Shown here: positions 26,176-40,084 of the stretch, piece after piece
Layout of the letters: the number at the start of each line of letters is the position of its first letter
Position numbering within the stretch: the first letter of the stretch is position 1
NCBI RefSeq assembly: GCF_006345805.1
Contig: NC_043004.1
Coordinates: forward strand, 104,346,001 to 104,410,000
Length of the DNA stretch: 64,000 nucleotides
Source: Octopus sinensis
Taxonomy: Eukaryota
Direction: 5' to 3'
The notes under the pieces: generated by a model
Told to the model about the DNA's origin: nothing
Databases searched by the model: none
Seen by the model: only the letters and a program-made list of their open reading frames with translations
Position numbers and translations under genes: made by a program

Positions 26176-26378
26176 CCCTTTAGTATTTAAACTGGCTATT
26201 TCCGGCCCAAATACCCTGTTTTATGTTCAGACCAACAAGATCCAGTCTCTAATACCTACTTTATAATGTCATCCTAAATATATACAATCACATCATTGAA
26301 ATCTCGACGCTACAAGATAATGCATGAGGTTCTGTACTGTAGAATCAGGTAGTCTCAGGTAGACTGGTATCAAAAGAG
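26176..26378. mobile_element. Possible TTAA-targeting (piggyBac-like) MITE
   Basis: TTAA|CCCTTTAG at left and CAAAAGAG|TTAA at right; TIR match is only partial. Confidence 0.45.
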
Positions 26379-27119
26379 TTAAAGCAGCTTATGAACTGAC
26401 TAGGTGTCAGAGGCATTTGAGGTGAGGTATGACGGAGGTGTGGTAGTGGGCAAGAACTGTATCACAATTGAAGGTTTGCAAAATGTTAAGTTCAAAAACT
26501 AAGTCTATCTTGTGTACTTGTGGGCTAAGGGTTGATGTTATGGTACCTACTTATGATACCGAAGATGGTTTAGCATCTGAGATAAAATATGAGCTGTTGA
26601 TCTTTTGCTCTTTTAGCCATCATCCTTAAGTGTGTGACTCTATGTTTAAAGAAATACTGTCATGTGATGAATATTTATGAATTAGCCGTGGAAGTAGAAA
26701 AGCTTATAAATAGTTCAAGACTGATTGATAAATAAATAAATATTTGTCAAGCCTGATGTAATGTTCGTCATGTCACTTTAATTCAGTTGAAATGTTATGA
26801 GTTTGTTTTATAGACTGCCATAAAAATAATATATATTCACTGATTCAGAACAAAACTGTCTGCCATCTAATGTGTCTACATTGATAAAATAACTTGCATC
26901 CACTAACCAATGAGTGGGTCTCAACTTGCTAGAAATAGCAGTCAAATATCCTTCATGTTACACCCTGCCATAGTAAAGTAAAGAAAGAATACCCTTGAAA
27001 AGACAAACTTGTCATGCCTGGAATGTTTTTGATCATAGGTCTCCTTGGTAAAGCCTGACTTAGGGTTAAACTACAACAACAATTAATACCCATTTTGACA
27101 CACATACACACACACACAT

Positions 27120-27440
27120 GTGGAGGCACATAAAAAGCACCATCCGAACATGGCCGATGCCAGCGCCGCCTTGGCTGGCTTCCGTGCCGGTGGCACGTTA
27201 AAAGCACCAACCAATCATGGCCGATGCCGGACTCCCCTGGCACCTGTGCAGGTGGCACGTAAAAAGCACCCACTACACTCGCGGAGTGGTTGGTGTTAGG
27301 AAGGGCATCCAGCTGTAGAAACCAGATCAGACTGGAGCCTGGTGCAGCCCCTGGCTTCCCAGACCCCGGTCGAACCGTCCAACCTGTGCTAGCATGGAGA
27401 ATGGACGTTAAACGATGATGGTGATGATGATGATGATCCA
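27120..27440 (+). mobile_element. RTE-LINE 3' end with three gcacgtaaaaagcacc units and (GAT)n tail
   Basis: Homologous to the 3' UTR of the RTE at 61221-62744. Confidence 0.9.
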
Positions 27441-27569
27441 TATTGATGTAATATTGTGACAGTATCTATTTACATTCATGTGATATACTATTTCTGCATT
27501 AGTATATTCACTATGCTTTCTGCTCATATTGGCATATATCCTAAGGCACTGAGCTAACAGAATCATTTG

Positions 27570-27900
27570 CACACCGAGGAATGTGAAGACGCAGGCTGGA
27601 AAGCAGAGCATTTCCCAATCAAAATTGAATGTAGAGGATTCATTGAACACAACATTAGGTGACTTTTGTTATGGTTAGGCCTAACTCATCATAAAGCAAA
27701 TACCATCATGAGTGATATCCAAACTAAAGTGGAAGAAGCAAGCCACTGGATTTGATTAAAAAGAGACGATGAGCAATGGCTGGAAGAATTTTGAGCTAAA
27801 TCTGATAACCAGTTGATCTAGCAGGCAGGGACCAGTGTGCAATGATGCCATTGAGGGGTTGGCTCCAAAATGGTATGCATTCTCTCCTGATGACCCTACA
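27570..27900 (+). mobile_element. 3' fragment of a restriction-like-endonuclease LINE (HERO-like), degenerate
   Basis: ECEDAGWKAEHFPIKIECRGF...LGL...EEASHWI*LKR matches my recollection of the HERO-clade C-terminus (GW...P.EVGCRGF...E.AS.WIW..R). Confidence 0.6.
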
Positions 27901-28404
27901 AACTTGCTGGCATCCAGTATTCTACGATTTCAACTGGTAGCACTTGCACCTGCAAGTTGTTTGCAAAGCATCTAGTTTGTTTAACATTCTGAGTTCAAAT
28001 TCCACTGAGGTCGACTTCGCCTTTCATTCTTTTGGGGTCAATGAAATAAGTTTCAGTTGAGCACTGGGGTCGATGTAATCAACTTACCTCATTTCCTGAA
28101 ATTTTTGGCCTTGTTCCAAAATTTGAAACCATATAATCATATATTCTCTGTTCGCATTGAGATGCTCTCTGTCCTTATGGAGACCTATGCACTCAGCATA
28201 GAACATAGTGTGTGCAATGCCTGTCTTCAGTCAGACACCAGACATATAACCAAAATAATTCCATTGAATCATTGGCACACACAGTTGCTGTTGTCGTTGT
28301 TTAATGAATATTGATATCCTACATTAACTGTTGAATGGTGTATGCTATTACTATCAAATACTGTCTGTTGATTCAGGCACAGCCATATCACACACACACA
28401 CACA

Positions 28405-28451
<47 letters not shown>

Positions 28452-29644
28452 ACTGTAGACTGGTAGATCTGTGGAAATATCACTCGATATTTGTCGGTTG
28501 CTGCATAGTGATATCATATAAACACCATTAATTGGTATTTATTTATTATCACACACACCATCTATTGATTAATTTAATATTGATACCAATTTGATGGCCT
28601 TGCATCAATGTCAGAAATCAATATTGATATCACATAGTACCTGTTGATTGGATTTTTTTCCAATATCTATCACACTGCTGAGTTTTTACCAATATCTGTC
28701 CTCCTACTATTCATTCTACTGTTACAAGTATGGAACTAACAAGCCATGTGACACCTGTGTCCAATCTAACTCTCCTTCCCTTATTATCTGTCATGTGACT
28801 CAACCTCCAAGACCTTATATTAAGAGCTTTTAATCCAGTCATTCTCTCTCCCCCACCCCAGAAAGGAAACCTTCAGAAGCCCCCCCCCCCTTCCCTCGCC
28901 ACATTTTCCAACCTGTAAATATTGAAGCTAAACATCATCTATATCGACCTTTCTGTCACAATCTATAATGGAGTTGCAAAGGCAAGGAATGCTGCCCCTT
29001 CTTCATCATCTCATCCCAGCCCTCTTCGTCAGTGTAAATATAAAGATTAGTTGTTAATCAATCTGTAAAGAGTAACGACTTTGATGAACACAGGGCTGTA
29101 TTTAACTACACACATGCACACACATACACACATTAGCATGTACACACACACACACACACATACACTTGTCAAACACGACAAATTATTGAAGTACTTGTGC
29201 TGTTCTCACCAGCTTCAACATTATATATATATATACATATCCATACATACACACACACACATACACACACACACACATACACACATATATACACACACAT
29301 ACATATACTACTTACTGTGTGTGTATGCATGTGTCTCTGTGTATGTATTCGTGTGTGTTAGTTTGTGCTGTAGAGTTTAAGGAGCAATTAGTAACCAAAT
29401 AAGAATTTAGATGATAGTTCATCACTTCCTTTCACACCTGCTAACACACACACAGTTGCTATGGAAGTTAGTGTGAGAGAAACTGGAGTAAGTGGCTTCA
29501 GTGTTAAGTGGCCACAATGACCCACTTCTAACTCATCTTAGGAAAAAATCTTCTCAAGAATACTTTCAGTATGGTTCATGCTTGACCCTTCTTCAACATA
29601 TTGTTATCTCTCCGAAGTTGTGCCACTCTTCTACTGTGTCAGGA

Positions 29645-29975
29645 ATATTATTATTATTAAGTAAGAGAGCGATGCATGCCTTCAAAGTGACACTGGGGTA
29701 CAAGTATATGAAGCCCAGTATACCCATCATGACTACCTGGGGAATTACAACCGTGTTTCATGGTCTGCTATCACAACAGCTCCTTTATAGGATCCAGTTA
29801 GCTCAAGACATCATCAGGAGGAACCACGTCCGGTTTTGGCCCCTACTCCTCTACCGTTTTGACGTGGCGGGGCCCCCCTTTCAGAGGTGTCTTCAGCTCT
29901 GGTGTTGGGTGCATGTCTTCTTTCTTCTGTTCCCTGGCCTCTTCGATGTATCGTCAGCGAGTGTCAGCCGGTGAC
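29645..29975 (-). mobile_element. LINE 3' end with (TAA)n tail, probably RLE/HERO-like
   Basis: GC-rich segment ending in aataataat on the minus strand; shares a 3' motif with 27850-27892. Confidence 0.5.
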
Positions 29976-30029
29976 TGACTGTCTTGTCAAATTTCTCCCC
30001 AGGTACATGCATCACAACCCATATATGCG

Positions 30030-30429
30030 TGACATGGCAGAATTGTTAACATGCCAGGCAAAATGCTTAGTGGCATTTTGTCTATCTTTACAATCTGAGT
30101 TCAAATTTCACCAAGGTCAGCTTTGCCTTTCATTCTTTTGGGGGTCGATATAATTGACTATCCTCTCCCCCAAACCTGCTGGCCTTGTGCCAAAATTTGA
30201 AACCATTATCATTATTAAGAAGTTGGCCAGCTAACAGAACCATTTGCATTCAGACAAAATGCTTGACAGTGTTTCATCTAGCTTTAATCTTCTGAGTTCA
30301 AATTCCACCAAGGTTGACTTTGCCGTTCATCTTTTCAGAGTTGATGAAATAAGTATCAGGCTCTGGGATCAAAGTAATTGACTAGCACCCTCTCCTACAA
30401 TTTCAGGTCATGTGCCTATAGTAGAAAGA

Positions 30430-30465
<36 letters not shown>

Positions 30466-30886
30466 TGGTTTGGATCAGGTTCGGTCTTATTTCTGGTAGG
30501 AATTATGTGGGTAGCAGGTTACTACCTGTAACCTTAAGTATCCACAGGTTTTCAGCAGTCTTTCAAGTACTTAGAAGCAGAATTTATTATCATTGTTATT
30601 ATTATCATTATCATCATCATCATCATCATCATCATTATTATTATTATTATTATTAAGGTAATGAGCTGGCAGAATCGTTAGCATGCCAGGCAAAATGCTT
30701 TATGGCATTTTGTCTGTCTTTATGTTCTAAGTTCAAATTCCACCAAGGTTGACTTTGCCTTTCATCCTTTCACAGGTCAATAAACTAAGTACTAGTGAAA
30801 TACTGGGGTTGATATAATCGACTAGTCCCCCCACCCATACCCATACAAAATTTCAGGACTTGTGCCTTTAGTAGAAAGGATTATTA

Positions 30887-30951
<65 letters not shown>

Positions 30952-31190
30952 CATTATTATTATTGTTAGTATTAAGTTGGTAAGCTGGCAGAATTGTTTC
31001 TGTGTTGGACAAAATGCTTAGCAACATTTCTTCTGGCTTTACATTCTGAGTTCGCATTCCACCAAGGTCGATTTTATCCTCTTGGGATAAATAAAATAAA
31101 TACCATTTGGGCTCTAGGGTTCATGTTATCCACTAGCTTCTTTCCCCAAGATTTCAGGCCATGTTCCTACAGAAGAAAGGACTAGCACCA
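30030..31190 (+). mobile_element. Head-to-tail cluster of four SINE B-type copies with (ATT)n/(CAT)n tails
   Basis: Repeated ggcagaat...aaaatgctta...gagttcaaattcc...actag..cccc...gtagaaagga heads near 30030, 30222, 30657 and 30977. Confidence 0.85.
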
Positions 31191-31384
31191 CCACCACCAC
31201 CACCACTACTACTACTACTAGCTCAATACATTTCACTTCACTGACAGCAAGATGGCGAAATTTCAAATTTAAATTGTTTGTTTATTTAAAATGCTGTGTT
31301 GATATAAAATATATTCAGTTTAAATACAAAGCATCTTTGAAAGAATTAGAAAGTCATTAACTTTACCTCTATTTTCATTTTCAG

Positions 31385-31409
31385 AAAAAAAATAGATTTC
31401 TTTAATTGG
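31385..31409 (+). CDS. Putative 25-nt coding micro-exon; (V)KKIDFFNW
   Basis: Strong branch point and acceptor cattaactttacctctattttcattttcag; donor TGG|gtaaat; converts phase 2 to phase 0, linking exons 25064 and 40940. Confidence 0.45.
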
Positions 31410-32752
31410 GTAAATTACTAAAATTTAGATGGTCATCTTCAGTGAGGGCCTAATAAATATTTTTTTAAAATTTAAAGTGTTTATTGTAGAAATATTTTCT
31501 TTCATATTGTATAAACTCAATAGATTGTCATCATCATCATCCTCATCATCATGATTTAAAATCCACTTCTTTTCATGCTTGCATGGGTTAGAAGGAATTT
31601 GATGAAGCAAGTTTCAACAGCTGGATGTCGTTCCTGTCGTCAACCATCACCTGTTTCTAAGCAAGTTAATATTTTCCCCATGGCTAGACATGTTTTTCAT
31701 GGATGAGTAGAAATGAACAACCTGACTTGTGCGATGATGATGTTCATTTACAACCATCACATGATGTCTAGACAAGGGTATACACAAACACAAATGCACA
31801 TACATGAACACACACGCATGCATGCGACAGGTTTCTTTCAAGTTTCCATCTATGGAATCCATTTACAAGGCTTTGGCCAACCCAGGGCTATAGTAGGTCA
31901 CTTGCCCAAGGTACCATGCAGTGGAACTGAACTCATGACCATGTGGTTGGGAAGCAAGTTTCCTAACTACACAGCCATGCTTGTGCCTACAAACTTAGTC
32001 TATACAGTGTACAATATTTACATTCACTTTGATGACTTCTCCATAAGCACCTTTCCTTGTCAAGATTCTGTTTTCATCATTATCTTTGGCTGCTATTTCT
32101 AGCCAGTTGAATAACTACATAAAAGCAGCCACATTTATGAATACTTGTGTGTATATTAGTAATATCTGTGAAAGACATGAATGTCAAAGGGAATTTTCTT
32201 TTATAATAATTTGGTTTACAATATTGGTGTCACACTTCAGTGAAATATATTGGTCAAGCTTCCTCATGCATAAACAAAATGGTAAAAAGTTTCAAATTTC
32301 ACAATTGCTTTTACTTATAAATGTACAAGTGGAAAATAATATACAAATAGCAGAATTAACTAATTTACTGACCGGTTTTTCTAAAACAGTTTACCCATAA
32401 GTAGTTTCATGTGGTAGAATGAACTACGGCCTATACTATAATGGAGAAAGCTGCTTATCAATTAGTCATGAGTGTGAAAATTTTACTGAAAAAATACAAT
32501 TAAAGTCTACATTCTCTAGAAAATTCTTATAAGTTACAATTTTAACATTTTTTTATAACCCATGCTAGCATGGAGAATGGACGTTAAACGATGATGATGA
32601 TGATGATTATTACTCAAGATTTTAGCTTAATGATTCAATCACAAATCTAATTTTTATTCACTGTAACACAGTCATCTAAACTACATAACTATAGATGAGT
32701 GCCCCTCTGACTTTGTTTCCTCATACTTTTGAAAAATGTATATATCTATATA

Positions 32753-33991
32753 CAAGGTGGTATCAAAAAGTTCCCAAACGAGTTCTGTAGTATGCCAACA
32801 AATGGCAGCACATGATTACATATGCAGTGAGAGCTAGTAGTGACCTTCATGAAGCACTGTACCAAGTGACATCGCTGTGCCTACTTTACAAGTTGTAAAA
32901 TTTGTGTTTTTGTGATCACATGTATGCTGTAGTCTGTGATTTTTGTCATGGACAGGAAGTTGGAACAAAGAGCCAACATGAAATTTTGTGTTAAACTTGG
33001 TAAATCTGCTACAGAGACATCGAGCATTCTCAGCAAGCTTATGGTGACAAGGCAATGGGTCATACATAATGTTTCAAGTGGCACAGGCACTTCAAAAGCA
33101 GAAGAGCATCCCTGAAAAGACAATGAGTGATCTGGAAGATCTGCCATGAGAATCACCTCTGAAAGTGTGGTGAAAATTCATCGGTTTGTGCATGAGGATT
33201 GTCGGAGGATAATCAATGACATTGCTGATGTTGTTGGTCTGTTGTATGGGTCTGTGCAGGCAATCTTAACATCTGAATTGAACAGCATGTCTCTGCCAAG
33301 TTTGTCCCCCCACCTGTTGACCACTGAGCAGAAAAAACATCATATCAAATTCTGTCTCTGCTAATGATCCATTCTTCATGTCGAGGATCATCACTGGTGA
33401 TGAGAGTTGAGTCTATGAGACAAAGCAGCAGTCGTCACAATGGAAGAGGCCTTCATCTCCATGACTGAAGAAGGCACAACAGAGCCGTAGATATCAAGAG
33501 CATGCTCATCTTCTTTATTGACACACACAGTATTGTGCATCAGGAATTCGTCGACCGGGGCCACACCCTCAATTAAGAGTTCTGCTGTGACATTTTGAAG
33601 TGTTTGAGGGAGGACATTCAGTAAAAGCAACAAGAGATCTGTGGAGCTTGAAGAATAGGATTCTTCACAATGATAATGCATTCTGTTACCAAACTCTCCT
33701 CATTCATGAGATGTAGCACCTGCAGACGTCCATCTCTTCCTCAAGATGAAAATGCAGTTCAAAGGTCGCTTTTTTAACTCTGTTGTTGAAGTCCAGAGTG
33801 AATCGCAGAAGGTCCTCGACTTGCTTACAGAACATGACTTCCAGGCTAGATTCCAAAAGTGACAGGATTGCTGGGACTGGTGGGACTGCTGCACAAGGTG
33901 ACTATTTCGAAGGAGATGATGTTAAAACTTTGGTAAATAAGTAGTTTTTTATTAAACATAACAAGTCCAGGAACTTTTTGATACCATATTG
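32753..33991 (+). mobile_element. Mariner transposon, full length, degenerate
   Basis: TA-flanked TIRs (caaggtggtatcaaaaagttcc / ggaactttttgataccatattg); EQRANMKFCVKLGKSATET, ITGDES*VY, HDNA; multiple stops. Confidence 0.92.
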
Positions 33992-34276
33992 TATAATCAA
34001 CTATAACCCTGATGGTACTGATCCAGCACGACAATAGTGCAATAGGTCAGACCAGCAGTAAAATAAAGATCATAAAAATTGGTCATGTATATATTCCCAG
34101 CCTGGACTTCAATTGGTCAATGACTCCAGGAAAAAAGATGGACCTTGAAGGAAGCAGAGCTGCAAAATGGTGAAATCTGCTGAGAACATTTAAGGTGTAT
34201 CAATTGGTTGTGTTACAACCAAAGATATGTTTAGCCTGCAACCACAAAATTTGCTTCTCAGCTCATTTGTTTAACA

Positions 34277-34581
34277 CAGTGGTTCCCAAAGTGGGTGATA
34301 TTGCCCTCTGGGGGCACTGGAAATTTCCAAGAGGGGTGTTGAAGAAAAGTGGGGCGATAATGGGATAGCAATTCCTGTAAAAGTGGGGTGATAATGGGCT
34401 AGCAACTCATGTAAAAACAATAGAATAATGGGTTCATTAAGTTAATTTTTTTTTATTTGTGAAATACAGTTGCTTTGAATTTGCTTCAGAAGGAGGTCTG
34501 TGTTAGTGATGGTTGGTGGGGGCACTAGGAATGTGGCCTGGGTCAAGGAAGTGGCAGCCTGTAAAAGTTTGGGAACCACTG
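34277..34581. mobile_element. hAT (Charlie-like) MITE, 305 bp
   Basis: 14-bp TIR cagtggttcccaaa/tttgggaaccactg; 8-bp TSD gtttaaca/gtttaaga; internal 34-bp tandem duplication. Confidence 0.9.
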
Positions 34582-36498
34582 GTTTAAGATATCTAAAACT
34601 AAGATGGCAGGCTGCTCCTTTTATGGTCCCCCATGTAGATCTAAGCTGATTTGGTCTGGTCAGTCTTGGTGTGAGATAAATGAGTCAGCATCTTTCACTT
34701 AAACTGCTAATATTACTCGGCAGTTGGAGGTCTTTTGGTGGCAGAAGAAATGTCATCTTAATTGCTACTTTTTGCTTTCAAGTTCACACAGAATCTGTCC
34801 TTTCTAGTTAAGTAGCGATTGAAAAGAGTCCTTAATAGCTACTGTTGCATATACCCCTCCCTCTGTTCACACACATCCATTTAAAGATACATACACACAC
34901 TCACACATACTAATGCACAGATAAATGCACACACACACACACATACACACACACACACGCACACACACACACTCACACTCACACATGCATGCGTACTCAA
35001 TTTAAAAAGGTGTTTTAAGTTCATGAGAAAATTCACGAGAATGCTTTCATTTTTTTAAGTGTCACTCATCTTCTTTCCAAAAGTGAGTGTAAGATTGCGT
35101 TTATGTATGTATATACATGTACACATTTTATACACATACATATACATACACACATAATTCACACACACACAAACACATCATATACACATGTCTGTATTAC
35201 AATAGCTTGAAGTATGCAGTACAAAAGAAGTTTAAAGATAACGTGTGTAATGATGATGATGATGATATTGATGATGATGATGATGATGATGGTGATGATG
35301 ATGCTAATAAATCACAATATTATAAAACAGATGAAAGAGAATAAATAAAGGAAATAATAGAAGTAGAAACAATCAAGAATAAGATTGTATCTCACATGTA
35401 TTGTTGCTACTATCATCATTTTTTTAAAGGCTATTAAAATTAATCATACACTTTGTGTGTGCGTGTGTGTGTGTGTGCGTGTGTGTGATATATGTCTATA
35501 ATATGAGTATGTGTTTCTATACATTCACACACATATATAGACATGTGTGTATGTGTATATATATAATGTTTCATTTGGTTTTGAGAAAATTTTATCAGAA
35601 GCATTGTGAGAATAAAAAAATGTGAGTCAAAGAGTCAACAATGCATATTTTTATTCTGTTTTTGGAATACTGGAACTTGAAGTAGATGAAGCTATAACAC
35701 TTGCTGTAGTATGTAAATATTGGGTTAAAAAAAACTCTTTGGGTTGAAAAAGTTAAAGGCTACCTGTGAAACTTGAACCTACATCTTCTGTAAGCACAAC
35801 AAATGTGCTACTTTTGGACCAAAGAACTCCTTCAAATTTCTCTATTCATTTTAGAATATTTATTCTTACCAGCAAGAATTGTTGTTGTTGATATCATAAG
35901 AATTTCTAAACTTCAAGAGAATGTGAAAATAATTCTTTTTTGAAACGGTGAAACTTGAAGTAGACAAAGCTATAAATTCTTTTAAATTACACTCTGCCAT
36001 CTTACAAAAATCACAAAAAGGAAAGACATTGAATATTATAATTCTAAATGTGCACCGTGCTTGGGAAGGGAACGAGATGGTCACAGCTGTTTGTTCTATT
36101 AGTGTTGACCTCAAGCTGAAGAGCAACTGGCCACAAGAAATAGGCTGGTTCAGGAGAGAGTTATTAACATACTGTGATTATTTTATGTGATAACTTTTGG
36201 GAGTGGGTCTAAAGAGTAGGTCGACACACTGACATCTGTTTTTGATGTGGTTACAGAGTGGGATATAATTACTTGAATTACTATTTAAGATGTTTAAGCC
36301 ATATGTTAAACCATATTCAGTCGTTTTATGTCCACTTTTTCATGCTAGCATGGTTAGACAAGGGATTATTTGAGGTAGAATTCTATGACCAGATGTTCTT
36401 CCAGTCAACTACCCCTGTTTTCAGAGATTTCTTTTTTTTATTGCAGAGGTGTTATTTCACATATCAACATTTCATGCACAGACACACACACACACACT

Positions 36499-36537
<39 letters not shown>

Positions 36538-36544
36538 ATACACA

Positions 36545-36604
<60 letters not shown>

Positions 36605-36932
36605 ATATGGAATGTCTGCTGGAAGAAGTTCATGGAATGTATTTCTTTTCTCTTCATAGAGCATTAATGGTTTGGAAATCAAGAAAGAAGTAAGGTCTTA
36701 GTGTTTACATGCTGTTTCCAGCGTAATACCTACACAATGCATGAGAATACATACAAATCTATACAAACAACTCTATACATACATACATAGAAAAATACCC
36801 TGTTGCTGATGTTGAAATTCCAATGAAGGAACCTTGGATCTAGGTTAGAAACCGGTTCTTTCTCTATTGGCAAGAAATCTTGAAATAAACTAAATAATGA
36901 TATACATACATACATACATACATACACACACA

Positions 36933-36976
<44 letters not shown>

Positions 36977-38072
36977 TTTAAGGTTTCCGACATTTTTCAC
37001 TTGCAAGATCCATGATTCATCCACGAGGTACTGTGGTTCGCTCAGAAACATAGCAGATATTTATCCAAGGTGTCATGCAATAGAACTGAATCCCAAACCA
37101 CAGTTGCAAGCTGAACATCTTAGCCACACAGCCATACCTGTACCTATACATGCTATGTTTGTGTCTTTACATGCCATTCTTGTATGCATAAGGCTGTAGG
37201 AATTTGTATAGTATTTCTGTAATAAAATCTAAGGAGTAGGATTAAGGTGAGAAGACGTCATAAGAGTGCATAATTTTCAAAACTTTTCTTTCAGGCTTTC
37301 TGCATAACATCTGAAGATTGTTTGCTTTCATATGTATAAATCGTATAGCGATTTTATTGAACCTTTATAAAATCAAAGTATAATGTTTATATTTATGAGT
37401 GGCATAAACATTTTATTGAAATTTTAATGAATCCCCAAGTGGAGCTGATATTTAAACATAAATCTTCTTTTTATCTATGAAATATTATTTTATAATTTCA
37501 TCATTTTTGGTTCTTAAGCTATATATCGAGTTCAAATTTCAAATAAAATCTGCAAAGGTAAATTGGTTAAAAAAAAAAAAAAGGGAATATTTACAAAAGA
37601 TGAAAATATGGAAAATATCTACTTCAAAAATTATTTATTCTGATAATCATGTAATTTTTTTTTTCAAATAAAATATATTTACTTAAAGAGAAAAATCAAG
37701 AGAAAGAAAGAGAGAGATTTGATGTTGATGCATTAACACTATTAATTGGGTTTTTTAGGTGTTAAATTTTTCCGACACTTTGAAATAAAATTGGTTCCTA
37801 TACATACACACACACACACACACACATACACACACACACACACATTTAAACAAACACATACATATATACATAAGAAACAATATTTTTTATGCATGGCATG
37901 GGAGTGTATATGTGTGTGTGTGTGTGAGTGTGTGTGTATATATATATTTATATATATATATATATGTTTATATGTATGTATATATACATGTATGTATATA
38001 TGTATACATATATATATATGTATATATACATATATGTATATATACATGTATGTATATATGTATACATATATA

Positions 38073-38118
<46 letters not shown>

Positions 38119-38499
38119 TATATATATATAATATATATATATATATGTATGTATGCATGTATGTATGTATAAATACACATATATTCACAAACCCATATAA
38201 CCTCATCATTACATCATGACCACTACCATCATCTTTGTAACGTCCACTTGTTCATGCTTCCAATGGTGGGACTTAAATTTGATATCCATTTTACTGTAGC
38301 TACGTTTAGGGCACCCATGCTGGAAGGTTTTGTCAGTCATACTAACCCCGGTGCATATTTTGAGGTCTTGTAGCTATCTTATTAATCTCTAGCTACAAAA
38401 CCTCTAAGTTAAGGAGCAGTAACCAAGAGCACCATTCTCTGTGTTGTAAATGTAATGACACACATGCACACATACATATACACAAATGTACATGCATAA

Positions 38500-38940
38500 A
38501 TGTGAGTATACATTGTGCATACATAGGTGCATGCAGGTATGGCTGCATGCTAAAAAGTTTGCTTTCCAGCCATGTGCTTCCAAGCTCAGTCCCACTGCAT
38601 GGCACCTTGAGCAAGTGTCTTCTACTTTAGCCTTGGGCCAACCAAAGCCTTGTGAGAGGATTTGGTAGACAGAAACTGAAAGGTGCCTATCATATATATA
38701 TATATATATCTATGTGTGTGTGTATCTTTATATATATGTTTGTCCCCCGACACAGTTTGACAACTGGTGTTGATGTGTATATGTCCCCGTAACTTAGCAG
38801 TTTGGCAAATTAGACGAATAAAGCACCAGGCTTAAAAAAGAAATGAGTCCTAGAGTTGATTCATTTGATTAAAATTTCTACAAGGCAGCGCCCCGGCATG
38901 GCTGCAGTCCAATGACTGAAACGAGTAAAAGATAAAAGAT
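38500..38940 (+). mobile_element. SINE family A, older CpG-decayed copy
   Basis: Head, microsatellite and tail recognisable, with many CG>TG/CA changes. Confidence 0.85.
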
Positions 38941-39173
38941 AGGTCGATACATACATAGATACATAGGTATGTATACATGTATATCTATAGATAAACAGAC
39001 ACAAACATGGCAGTGCGGTTATAACGTTTGCTTAGTGACTACAAATTTTTTGATTCCTTCACATTGCATAGCACCATGGGCAAGTGTCTTTTACTTTTGC
39101 TTTGAATTAACCAATGCCCTATGAATTAAGTTGCTAGATAGAAACTGTAAAGAAGCCTGTCATCTTTTGCACT

Positions 39174-39204
<31 letters not shown>

Positions 39205-39319
39205 TGGCACAGGCATTGCTATGTGGTAAAAAGTTTGCTTCCTAATCACGTGGTTCTGGGTTCAGTTCCACTGCGTTGAACATTGGGCAAGTGTCTACTA
39301 CAAAGCCCTTGGCCACAGA

Positions 39320-39710
39320 GACAACAATACCAACAGTCAGGACGGCAGCAGCAAGACCAACATTACGGCTGGAAATGGTTGCTAAGCAAGCAACAACAGA
39401 ACCATTAGAATCACATCCAGGAATATGTTCATACCAGCAGCAACTCCACCAACAACAAGACATCAGACCTGGAATTAGCAAAAGAAACATCAGTGGTGGG
39501 ATCATATCCAATACACAGACATGAAAATATATCAATTAGCTCATCCACACTCCTGTTTAAGCAATGCCTGAATAACCACAAGTCCTCTTTTAGGATACCA
39601 GAAAGGTGCAACATTACATTCCTGGCCAGCCGTGTATGGTACTTAAAAGAGGAAGGAATCTCATACATAATTAAATGGAAGCTCCTTGAACAACTGGAGA
39701 ATTATATAAA
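39320..39710 (+). mobile_element. Penelope-like element fragment (GIY-YIG endonuclease region)
   Basis: FKQCLNNHKSSFRIPERCNITFLASRVWYLKEEGISYIIKWKLL matches the PLE GIY-YIG pattern FK.R..NH..SF...T.LS..VW.LK......IKW.IL. Confidence 0.75.
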
Positions 39711-40084
39711 TGAGAGCAATCAATGAGAATGCACGAATCCCCCTCCTCATTCTTGAATGGTACTTTATTTTGTTGACCCTGGAGGAATGAAAAGTAAAGC
39801 TGCCCATGGTGGGATTTGAACTCAGTATTTAAAGATCTTGAACAAATACCACAAAGTATGTTTTCCAATGCTGTATCGATTCAGCCAAGTGACCATCCTC
39901 ACCTATGTTTAATAATATTCACTTCAGTAATATATTGGCTCATTGGAATACATCTCACTTCTTCATCTTCATGTAATGATACACTGCAAAATATTTCTTG
40001 ATAACGTGAGTTCATGGCTGTTTCCTGCACCAGCTTCACATAGCAGCCCCAGCCCATCCAAAGTACCTTGGATTGCAGGACGAC

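Noticed and set aside
29492-29974. 160-aa plus-strand ORF
   Set aside because: It runs through a (TTA)n tail and the antisense strand of a LINE 3' end; no domain-like content.
31245-31256. YY1-like CAAGATGGCG upstream of the micro-exon
   Set aside because: Single short motif with no CpG-rich promoter context; similar words at ~34601 and ~35995 suggest chance.
35870-36000. Minus-strand ATG-initiated exon candidate with donor CTG|gtaaga
   Set aside because: Atypical AAG acceptor, unremarkable peptide, no partner exon in frame.
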